Virus record (IMG/VR): IMGVR_UViG_3300017754_000339
Location: 1 to 26,102 of that record
Source of the DNA: a virus
Lineage: Duplodnaviria; Caudoviricetes
Strand: one strand, 5' to 3'
DNA: 26,102 nt
Shown: positions 1 to 8,185 of the stretch, in pieces
Layout of the letters: every line of letters begins with the position of its first letter
Position numbering within the stretch: the first letter of the stretch is position 1
Notes under the pieces: model-generated
The model's input: the letters and a program-made list of their open reading frames with translations, nothing else
What the model was told of the DNA's origin: nothing
Database searches by the model: none
Translations under genes and position numbers: made by a program

Positions 1-3000
1 AGGGTCGTATGTGCCTCGATTAAACACAGACTTAATCTGCGATGGCTCGTATACGGCGAGATTCCTACGCCCCCCTTCCACAACGTAAAACCCATCAAAG
101 CCAGCAGCTCTAATAGCGTCTTGAACAGGTTTAGATTCAATAGTTGACCATGCCCCAGATTGAATAGTTTTCGCAGGGAGCGGTTCTCTAACTAGCTTGC
201 TAAACTCTGCACGAATTGCTTCAATATGTTCAGGATTTTCAAAATCAAACGGATTTTGTGCGCTGACGTACACCGGGATGATGTTGGCATAGGAAGGCAT
301 TTTGTCCATAGCCAAACGTATAAATTCACCTTCTTCGTAGTCTTCTGCTACGCCACCCGATTCTTTGGCTGTCTTTTTTGCGATAACAGCGGCTTCTTTT
401 TTAAGGGCAGTTACTTCATCTGGGCTAAGTACTTTATCTAAATTTTCCACCATCCACGATTCAGATGAACGGGAAAATGCTTCCGCTACTCTTGGGTCAT
501 CGGTTACAAAGATAGCTCCAGCTTGTTTAGGGCGGAAAGCCGTTATGTCCTGCGCAGTGCCGTGGTACATAACTTTAGGCGAACCATCTTTGTTGCGCAC
601 GACGGAATTACCAAACCAGTTCTTAAACGCAGCCGTGGCGGTGTTAAGCGCGGATTCAAGAATATTGCCAGTACGTTTAGTAGGTAGAACTTCTGCCGTA
701 GCAGCTTTGTTTAGCAGAGAAATAGTATTCTCAAGCACGTCGTTGGCAAGCGTGTTTCTAACACCAAGAAGGCTTTGCGCCAATGAAACTATGTTATTCC
801 ACAGGTCAGTTACTGCAGTACGCCATGAGCGTGTAGCTGCATCGTTAGTACTAGGCATGCCTTTTAGCAGAGCTTTAAAGTCTGCCAAGGTAGTTCCATA
901 AGACATAAGTTCTAGCACTGCGTCTAACTTAGCGGTGCTCTTATTCTTAGTGCGATTAACTATTTTGCTAAGTACTGCAACTACTTCCTTGGCCTTTTCT
1001 TTCTGTGCGTTGCTTAGGCTAGTGGAATCTATGTTTACCGCTAATACTCTGTCTAGGGCTTTAGTTAAGCGCTGAACTTCTGCAAGTTTAGGATTGGAGT
1101 GTACTAACCACTGTAGCGCAGCATGAAGCGTCTCATGCAAGGTCTCTTCAGCAGAGGCGGTCCTATGCACTAAAACAGTATCTGTTGCAGGAATGTATGC
1201 AGGATTAGTAGTGGTATCTCCGTCCTCAATCCACGCTAGTTTAGGCTGCTTAGCCCCACGACGGCGTAACGCCTGTGTTATAGCCGTAGCTAACGTATTT
1301 GTGTACGCCGACTGATTTGGGTTACGGAAGAAATTAAGCAACCCCTGAACACCAGTGCCTTCTTCCAATCTAGCTTTATATTTATCGAGCGCCTCTTGTT
1401 GGCGAGCAGCGAATTCTTCATCAGTCTCTGTCTCCTTCTGCACAGTAACTGCTCTAAACGGCTTAGATGCTTTACCTTCCGCTGCGGATACTAACGGCTG
1501 AGTAACTTTAGCTTTACCAGCTTCTCTAGAAGTACGAGTAGGTTCGCTCTTAACGATATCCGCAAATTCGGCGGTGTCTAGTTCGTTATCCTTATAGGCA
1601 CGCCACGCACGAGAAATTAGTGAATCAAGAATTGTGTCGTACTCAGCTTGAGATATATCTCCCTTCTTATTAAGGGCAGATGCTACTTCCTTGAACCGCT
1701 TAGGATTTACAGGTTTTGTAACTCGTTTCTGTGTCTTAGCTTTTAGTACAGCAATAAGTGCGTCTGCGTTACGTTCGCTACCGCTGGCGTTTACTAATTC
1801 TTCAATAGCATTGCGCACCTGCTGACGCAACAATGTAATTTTTCTCGTAGTTTCTCCAGCTTTAACTTCCGCAGCTGCAACAGTAGGGGCACCCGGTTTC
1901 GCATTAATCGTAGTTTGCTCTTTAAGTGCATTAGCTTCAGCACTAGCTAAATCACGCGAAGTAAGCAACACGCGTTGTGCCGCATCGTAGATTTTTCTTA
2001 CAGTACCACCGTATTTTTTAGTGGCTTCTGCATCAACAGCAGCACCTTTTTCTGCGTATACGATTGGCGCAACTTCGTCCGGACTACGAAGCATACGTAC
2101 CAATCCTTTGAACACACCTTGAGGAAGTGATACGCGCCCACCAGCTTTGCCTTTTTCACTAGTAACAGTAGCGTTTAGCTTATTAATAGCGGCTTCAATC
2201 TCTTCGGCTAAACCTTCATCAATAGGCTCTTGTTTTGCGGCTTCGGTAGTCTTGATCTCTTCACCACGGGTAACTGTAGCAACAGGTGCAACTACTTTAG
2301 CAACTTTAGGCTTAGGAGCAGGCTTAGGAGCAGGGGCAGGGGTAGAGACAACCGGAGGTGTAAAAGACCCCGGCGGGGTAGTCACGCTCGGGGAAACAGC
2401 GGCTTGGCCACTGGAGGAAACAACGGGGGCAATAGGTCTAGTCAATCCACCCATCACCTGCGGTTCTGCTACGCGTTGGCCAGTCTGCACTTGGGCAGCA
2501 GGACCTTGCAATTGATCGGGATTAACCTGATAAACACCGCCACCAGTTGTAGTAACCCCCGGCACACCATAAGCTGTCTTTGGCATTTGGCGACCGAGAC
2601 CTTGCGGAGCTTGATCTTCAGGAGCCGTAACGTAAGTACCCGATGCAGTTTGCGTTACACCCGGCGCAACTTGCTTACCTGTTTCTACCTGCGTGAGTGG
2701 GTCAGTACTGCCGAGGATATTCTCACGGCGCATCTTCTCCAGATACTCTTGTGCGTTCATCACGCTAGGAGTCAGCAGATTCGTAGGCTCTTCTGTTAGT
2801 TCACCAAGAATATTGCGCTTAGCTTGTTCTTGAATCAGTTCACCAATAGTAAGCTCACGAGTTTTCTTCTTACCGTCAGCGCCTACTTCAGTTATTTTCT
2901 CGCCACTTGGCGAGTTGAACGCCTTATCGTATTCTGCCAGCGTCTTAGGATCACCGATCTCTACATTGTAGGCGATAGCATCTTCAATGCGACGAAGGGC

Positions 3001-4500
3001 ATCATTACGGCGATCTTCTAGTTCGATCTGTTTCGTAACCCAGTCAGCGATATCTTCTTCTTTGATACCTTTCTGCTGTGCGGCGGCTTGCACGGTATTT
3101 ATAGCTTGCTGCTTAGCTTCAGGAGATATGCTCAGATCATCTGACAGTGCAGCCTTGAGCGTAGCGGCATTATTTGAACGAGAAACGTGACCGCCAATCG
3201 ACAGTGGGCCGAGAATCAATGTTAGGCCAAGACCACCTTTGAACGACTGTCCAGCGATATCGTATAGATTCTCTTCTTTGCCACCATACGCACTTTCAAC
3301 CAACGAAGTACCAACGTCTTGCGCTACTTCGGTAGTAGGCTGTACTAGCATGTTGACAGCCATGCCCTTGGCAAACGGATTTAGTATTCGAGTATCAGTT
3401 AAGTCGGCTACAAGACCAGATGTGTTTTTGCCTTTGAGTAGTGGTTTAAACGCCTTTGCACCGACAGCAGTAGCAACAGCTTCGCCAGCACCTTGAATTA
3501 ATCCTACTCTACGTGAGGCAGCGGTTGCTTCTTCAGGGGACACACCCTGCGCGATAAGTTTTTCGTAAGTTTGCTCCGCTTCTGACGTACCAAATAAGGC
3601 ACCCAGAGCAACGGGAGCTGCAAGACCACCACCCGGTACAAGAGCAAGAGGGGCAGCAGTTAATACTGGAGCAACAGCACGAGCACCAGACAGAAGAATA
3701 TCGGAACCAAGCCAACGATCTTGGCCAGTGCGTTCGTATTGTGGAGCACGTTCTTTAGCACCCGCTACTATTCGTCTACCAAGATCACCAGTCTCAAGCC
3801 CGGTCTCACGCTCTAAGAACTTTAATCCCTGACCAAACATCTCAGGAACGTCAACCATCGCACCACCAGCTAACTGGGTAGTGAACTCATCGAAGAAACC
3901 CCGCTCTACAGGAATGTCTGTGGATAGCGGAAAATCGTATTTGCCCTTTTTCCTAGCTGGTTTATCCCACGGCAAGGGTACACGTGCGGCAGGACCAGCT
4001 GCAGCTGGTTTATCCCACGGCAAGGGTACACGTGCGGCAGGACCAGCTTTTTGATCCGCTGCTTGACCCGCAGCACCACGCGTACGTGATGGAGTAACGT
4101 CACTAGACGAAATTTCAACTCCAGCTTGTTTTCTAGCTATCGCAAGTTCTTTGGTAATTGCGTCTATATTTGCAGGGGCACGGTCTCTAAATTCTACATT
4201 AGGGTCATTTAATCTAGCTTTTTCATCTGCTAATTGTTCTTCTAAAATTGGAATAATTGCTTTGTAGTTAAATTGATTTTTTACAAATTCTGGCTCGCTC
4301 CGCCTAGCAGGTTTTTCGTCCCTATTTCTTTGCCCACCACTTTCCGTTCGGTACTGGGCGTACTCAGGATTATTTCTTTCACTGGCATTAATATAAGCAG
4401 CGTCCCTATCCCGCTGTTCCTGAACTTTTGGATCGATACGCAAAGTGCGTAGTTCTTCGGTAGTATCGATGTCCCACGGTAACGGAATTCTTTGCGCCAT
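1..4500 (-). CDS. Giant polyvalent virion ejection protein, partial (>1500 aa, runs off the left edge); HExxH metallopeptidase-like and ART-PolyVal-like domains
   Basis: Not in the ORF track because it has no stop in the window. Hand translation from ATG 4500 (MAQRIPLPWDID...) is open to base 1. It has Gly/Ala hydrophobic stretches (~3180-3700), a Pro-rich linker (~2280-2420) and LHETLHAAL (1123-1137). The last ~627 nt read FKNWFGNSVVRNKDGSPKVMYHGT...AIFVTDDP...IIPVYVSAQNPFDF...GFDGFYV...LAVYEPSQIKS. Confidence 0.9.
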   Translation of the reverse strand, partial: MAQRIPLPWDIDTTEELRTLRIDPKVQEQRDRDAAYINASERNNPEYAQYRTESGGQRNRDEKPARRSEPEFVKNQFNYKAIIPILEEQLADEKARLNDPNVEFRDRAPANIDAITKELAIARKQAGVEISSSDVTPSRTRGAAGQAADQKAGPAARVPLPWDKPAAAGPAARVPLPWDKPARKKGKYDFPLSTDIPVERGFFDEFTTQLAGGAMVDVPEMFGQGLKFLERETGLETGDLGRRIVAGAKERAPQYERTGQDRWLGSDILLSGARAVAPVLTAAPLALVPGGGLAAPVALGALFGTSEAEQTYEKLIAQGVSPEEATAASRRVGLIQGAGEAVATAVGAKAFKPLLKGKNTSGLVADLTDTRILNPFAKGMAVNMLVQPTTEVAQDVGTSLVESAYGGKEENLYDIAGQSFKGGLGLTLILGPLSIGGHVSRSNNAATLKAALSDDLSISPEAKQQAINTVQAAAQQKGIKEEDIADWVTKQIELEDRRNDALRRIEDAIAYNVEIGDPKTLAEYDKAFNSPSGEKITEVGADGKKKTRELTIGELIQEQAKRNILGELTEEPTNLLTPSVMNAQEYLEKMRRENILGSTDPLTQVETGKQVAPGVTQTASGTYVTAPEDQAPQGLGRQMPKTAYGVPGVTTTGGGVYQVNPDQLQGPAAQVQTGQRVAEPQVMGGLTRPIAPVVSSSGQAAVSPSVTTPPGSFTPPVVSTPAPAPKPAPKPKVAKVVAPVATVTRGEEIKTTEAAKQEPIDEGLAEEIEAAINKLNATVTSEKGKAGGRVSLPQGVFKGLVRMLRSPDEVAPIVYAEKGAAVDAEATKKYGGTVRKIYDAAQRVLLTSRDLASAEANALKEQTTINAKPGAPTVAAAEVKAGETTRKITLLRQQVRNAIEELVNASGSERNADALIAVLKAKTQKRVTKPVNPKRFKEVASALNKKGDISQAEYDTILDSLISRAWRAYKDNELDTAEFADIVKSEPTRTSREAGKAKVTQPLVSAAEGKASKPFRAVTVQKETETDEEFAARQQEALDKYKARLEEGTGVQGLLNFFRNPNQSAYTNTLATAITQALRRRGAKQPKLAWIEDGDTTTNPAYIPATDTVLVHRTASAEETLHETLHAALQWLVHSNPKLAEVQRLTKALDRVLAVNIDSTSLSNAQKEKAKEVVAVLSKIVNRTKNKSTAKLDAVLELMSYGTTLADFKALLKGMPSTNDAATRSWRTAVTDLWNNIVSLAQSLLGVRNTLANDVLENTISLLNKAATAEVLPTKRTGNILESALNTATAAFKNWFGNSVVRNKDGSPKVMYHGTAQDITAFRPKQAGAIFVTDDPRVAEAFSRSSESWMVENLDKVLSPDEVTALKKEAAVIAKKTAKESGGVAEDYEEGEFIRLAMDKMPSYANIIPVYVSAQNPFDFENPEHIEAIRAEFSKLVREPLPAKTIQSGAWSTIESKPVQDAIRAAGFDGFYVVEGGRRNLAVYEPSQIKSVFNRGTYDP
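3955..4048. repeat. Perfect 46-bp direct repeat with 48-bp period, in frame, encoding AGPAARVPLPWDKPA twice
   Basis: agctggtttatcccacggcaagggtacacgtgcggcaggaccagct occurs at 3955-4000 and 4003-4048. Confidence 0.95.
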
Positions 4501-4508
4501 GGCTTACC

Positions 4509-6725
4509 TTAATCTGTTTTAAGTTCTGAAAGTGCGCCATAGCGTTTTTGCAGTTCTGCTATGCGTTCGTTTTTAGCTGTTCCATAGGCGATCATTTTAG
4601 CCGAGTCAGCAGGGTTATTAGGATCAAGTTTAGCCACAGATTCACGTAGAGACTTTAGTACAGGGTCGTTCGTTACGTCTACAACCCCGTTTTTCTTATT
4701 ACCGGCAGGAGCGGCAGGTTTAGCAGCGGCGGCAGGAGCAGCACTTATAGGACGGTTTTCCCAATTTGCTCTATCGTTAATATCACCTTTACCAGTGTAT
4801 CGAGATTCAGTTTTTCCATCTGTTTCTGGATACCATGTTTTAGTATCATACTTCGGCACAGGGACACCGCCGTCACGCTGCAGCCCACCACCTGCATATT
4901 GCTCGGCTTTATCTGTAGCGTTGTCTATTTTTACTTGTAAGTCGTTTTTCCGCCGAGTTAGTGCGTCTCTTTCTAGTACGTCTTTTGGAGAACTACGCGT
5001 CCCAAGTTCGCGTAACTTTTCATCTACACCTTCAAGTTGTTTTTGGTATGAAGCGGCTAATTTTCCATACGTGTCTGCTCGTTTCAAATCAGAATCGCTT
5101 CCGCCACTACTTAGTCCACCACCACTACCATAACGACCACCACGTTCGTAGTATTTAGTTTGTCCTTTTTTGAGGCCAACCTCCGCGTTTCTAAGTTCAC
5201 TCTGTGCAACCCAATCACCCATCTGTGCAGGATTAGTAGCGGCTTGGTACAGCCCAGAAAGAGCCTCGCCAGCGTTGCGGAAGGTATACATATCCTTTTG
5301 TAGCACGTTACCTTTTTTATCTACAAGGTCAATGACAATGCTACCGTCAGGACCAGCTCGCTCTTTTAAGTCTGTATCCGGGTCTAGTTTATCGTTAGTA
5401 TTAAACTCAGCTATTGCTTGTCTAAAGTTAGTAAATTTAGCAAACTTAGACTCAACTTCCTGACGCAACATTGTGATGCTATTTTTATTAATGTTAGCCA
5501 TAGCAGCTACATATGAGTCTTGGAGATCGAGTGGCAGTCCCATAGTAGTAGCTAACTGCTGCATCTCTTTATAACCGTAATTAGGATTAGCCGCACGTTG
5601 TTTAGCTACTTCAGCGTTGAATTTGTCTTTTAGTTCCCCTTCTTTCAATATACGCTGCGCAGAACTTAGTGTTGTTTCGTTAATTTTTGCAGAAGTTCCT
5701 TTATTCAAAAATTCTTGCGCAGCGGCAGGTCCTTCAAACTGTTCAATAGCTGTAGCAACAGCTTTTTGACGTGCATCTGCACTAAGGGATACATCGTCAC
5801 TTATAGATTTAAGCGCCTGATCAAGTCCAGCTTGCCTATTACCAGTACGTGTTTCTCTTGCAATCTGTAACCCTGTTAGCGTTTGTGAGCTGTCAAATTG
5901 TGCCTGTGAACGAGCTTCTTGCGCGGCAGATAAACGTAATTGTGCAGCACGTACTGGATCGTCTTTAGCAATAATGTCTGCATAACGCTCTAGCAACATA
6001 GCGTCTCTTTGCTGCTTAGACAATGGCTGCAGTCCTCTTTCTTCAGGAAACGATCTACCATAAAAATCGCCACCTGCAGACTCGCCACCACCTAAAGACT
6101 CGACAGTCGTAGACTTAGGTACGTCTAAAGTAGCAACATCAATAGGAGCCACAACATCTGCACGACCCGGACCCGTCTTAATTAAACCCGCACTTATTAC
6201 ATTCGGATCGGCGCGACTACCAGCAGCAGCAGCCCACGACGGTATGTTCTGTTGGTTGTAAGGCACAGGGGGGACATACATACCAGCAGAATTAAAAGTA
6301 CCTGCCGATGGTGTAGCAAAAATATTTGCTTTTGCATCAGAAGCTAAACCTCCTGATGCGTAATTTTGATTAGGGACAGTATTATTATTGTTGTTTGCGT
6401 TAATTGGAGGAGTACCATCACCAGCATAGGAACCGCTGTTTTTATTATTACTACTTCCTTTATTAACCGTTGGGCTATAGATATTGTATGCGCCCGTAGG
6501 AACACGATTAGGACCTAACTCAGGCTCAAACGTATACCCTTGTTCTGATAACTTACGTAGGTTTTCTCCCTGCTCAGGACTGTAAGCAATACTCGATGGC
6601 GTTTTTGCACCGTTTATTTCTGCCTGTGCTCTCTCAAGCTCACGACGACGTTCAGTGTCTCGGTAAGTGTCAACCCAGCTCTTACCTATTTTCGTACCAG
6701 CTTCAAAACCAGATGCCCAGCCCAT
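4509..6725 (-). CDS. Internal virion/ejection protein, 738 aa
   Basis: Lies between the small and giant ejection genes. Helical, Ala/Gln/Gly-rich and Cys-free, with low-complexity linkers. Function is inferred from position. Confidence 0.7.
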   Translation of the reverse strand: MGWASGFEAGTKIGKSWVDTYRDTERRRELERAQAEINGAKTPSSIAYSPEQGENLRKLSEQGYTFEPELGPNRVPTGAYNIYSPTVNKGSSNNKNSGSYAGDGTPPINANNNNNTVPNQNYASGGLASDAKANIFATPSAGTFNSAGMYVPPVPYNQQNIPSWAAAAGSRADPNVISAGLIKTGPGRADVVAPIDVATLDVPKSTTVESLGGGESAGGDFYGRSFPEERGLQPLSKQQRDAMLLERYADIIAKDDPVRAAQLRLSAAQEARSQAQFDSSQTLTGLQIARETRTGNRQAGLDQALKSISDDVSLSADARQKAVATAIEQFEGPAAAQEFLNKGTSAKINETTLSSAQRILKEGELKDKFNAEVAKQRAANPNYGYKEMQQLATTMGLPLDLQDSYVAAMANINKNSITMLRQEVESKFAKFTNFRQAIAEFNTNDKLDPDTDLKERAGPDGSIVIDLVDKKGNVLQKDMYTFRNAGEALSGLYQAATNPAQMGDWVAQSELRNAEVGLKKGQTKYYERGGRYGSGGGLSSGGSDSDLKRADTYGKLAASYQKQLEGVDEKLRELGTRSSPKDVLERDALTRRKNDLQVKIDNATDKAEQYAGGGLQRDGGVPVPKYDTKTWYPETDGKTESRYTGKGDINDRANWENRPISAAPAAAAKPAAPAGNKKNGVVDVTNDPVLKSLRESVAKLDPNNPADSAKMIAYGTAKNERIAELQKRYGALSELKTD

Positions 6726-6727
6726 GA

Positions 6728-7747
6728 TTAGACCTCCACCATTTCGATGCCTAGCGCACCATAGTTAACCATCTTCATACCGTTTGCAGTGTTAATCACA
6801 GCATCTGGGAATCGCTTCTCTACGTCGTCAGCCATCACACCACGCCAACGTCGGTTAGGGTCTCCGATATAGTTGAAGTCGTAAAGCGGGAGCTTCGTCT
6901 TAGAGTCAACGCCAACAACCTCAATGTTTTCCTTAACACGTCGATCAGAAAATTTAGCCGCACCAACCGCACCACCAGCACCAAGAAGAGAACCCATCAT
7001 CTCACCTTGAGCATTTAGCGCTTGGTTGTACACACTAGTTTGCGATCCAAGAATACTGCTGAGACCTTGGTTCTGTATATTAAAGCCCTGACCCATCGTG
7101 TTTCCTGCAGCAGTCATACCACCCATGAACTGATTACCTGCACCCATGTAAGAGTTACCAGCAGCAGAGCCTGCACCCGTAGCGCCTTGATATGCTGCCG
7201 AAGAAGCACCAGCTAACCCACGACCAAGACCTGTAACATCGAGTTGTCGTGCGAAGCCCATCTGCTCAGCTTGTTGTCGAGTACCTGTCATCGAGGCAGC
7301 TTTTTGTGCTGCGAGGGCAACTGAGTTCTGGTTCTGGAGACCTGCGAAACGACCGGAGTTAGGATTAACACCCATAGAACCCATGGCTCGCTGTGTTGCA
7401 GCCTGAGTTTGACCGAACGCACGACCAGCATCAGCAGCGGCTTTAGATGCCAACTGATTACGATAGTCTTCGGTATTGAACTCTTGCGCTTGTTGCACTA
7501 GTCCACGTTCTACAGGCCGGAATGTCGAAGTCTGGTAGTCGTAGTAATCTTGCGCTTGTCGCATCTGCTGGTTCTGTGCAGCCTGCTGCTGAGTAGCGAT
7601 GTCTCGGAGATATGGACTAATTTCGCCGTACTGTTGCCGAGCGAAAGCTAGTTGTTCACGGCCTAAGCCGCCCATAATTTGCGCGGCCTCTTTACTAGCT
7701 GATGCTAGTGGCGCGTAGTCTGGTGCTGGAGCTGATTTGCCGCCCAT
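6728..7747 (-). CDS. Ejection/pilot protein with C-terminal peptidase S74 intramolecular chaperone, 339 aa
   Basis: Gln/Ala/Gly-rich body. C-terminus FSDRRVKENI...LYDFNY...RGVMADDVEKRFPDAV...VNYGAL fits the S74 auto-cleavage signature (Ser-Lys dyad). Confidence 0.8.
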   Translation of the reverse strand: MGGKSAPAPDYAPLASASKEAAQIMGGLGREQLAFARQQYGEISPYLRDIATQQQAAQNQQMRQAQDYYDYQTSTFRPVERGLVQQAQEFNTEDYRNQLASKAAADAGRAFGQTQAATQRAMGSMGVNPNSGRFAGLQNQNSVALAAQKAASMTGTRQQAEQMGFARQLDVTGLGRGLAGASSAAYQGATGAGSAAGNSYMGAGNQFMGGMTAAGNTMGQGFNIQNQGLSSILGSQTSVYNQALNAQGEMMGSLLGAGGAVGAAKFSDRRVKENIEVVGVDSKTKLPLYDFNYIGDPNRRWRGVMADDVEKRFPDAVINTANGMKMVNYGALGIEMVEV

Positions 7748-7750
7748 TTT

Positions 7751-8167
7751 CTATCCTTTCGGTAGCCAGCGGCACCCGTCGGCCCACATGACTAATACCA
7801 TTATATCCGCATCTACCGCAGCGTCTTTCATTACAAATTCTTCTTCAAACCCGATCTTCTTAACAAACTTGATGCTATCTGGTTTGTTTGTGGGCATTAA
7901 GCCTGTGATTCTCTTTAGCTCAAGTTGCCTGAAACAGTAGTCGCAAACTGCATAAAACATAGCAAACATGATTTTACAGGGCTTAGCGATTGCTATGTGA
8001 CAATTAGCGTTGGCTCCGTTGATCTGGTGTATTACAATTCCAGCAACTAGTTCTCCGTTAATCTCCACACCAAAGGCGTTATACCCCTCCCAAGGGACGC
8101 GCTGGCCTACCTGTTTAGCTACCCATAGCGCGACTCTCTCACGGTCGTAAAGAACTAATTCTGCCAT
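7751..8167 (-). CDS. GNAT-fold acetyltransferase, 138 aa
   Basis: YCFRQLELKRITGLMPTNKPDSIKFVKKIGFEEE is a RimJ/RimL-type motif. It sits just before the ejection genes, as T7 gp13 does. Confidence 0.8.
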   Translation of the reverse strand: MAELVLYDRERVALWVAKQVGQRVPWEGYNAFGVEINGELVAGIVIHQINGANANCHIAIAKPCKIMFAMFYAVCDYCFRQLELKRITGLMPTNKPDSIKFVKKIGFEEEFVMKDAAVDADIMVLVMWADGCRWLPKG

Positions 8168-8185
8168 GCGTTGTATATATCATAT

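Noticed and set aside
3955-4048. CRISPR or mini-array reading of the 46-bp repeat
   Set aside because: Only two copies, a 2-bp gap, no spacer, and the repeat is in-frame coding.
3533-4118. Minus-strand 60-aa and 70-aa ORFs
   Set aside because: Out-of-frame fragments inside the giant gene, with no independent support.
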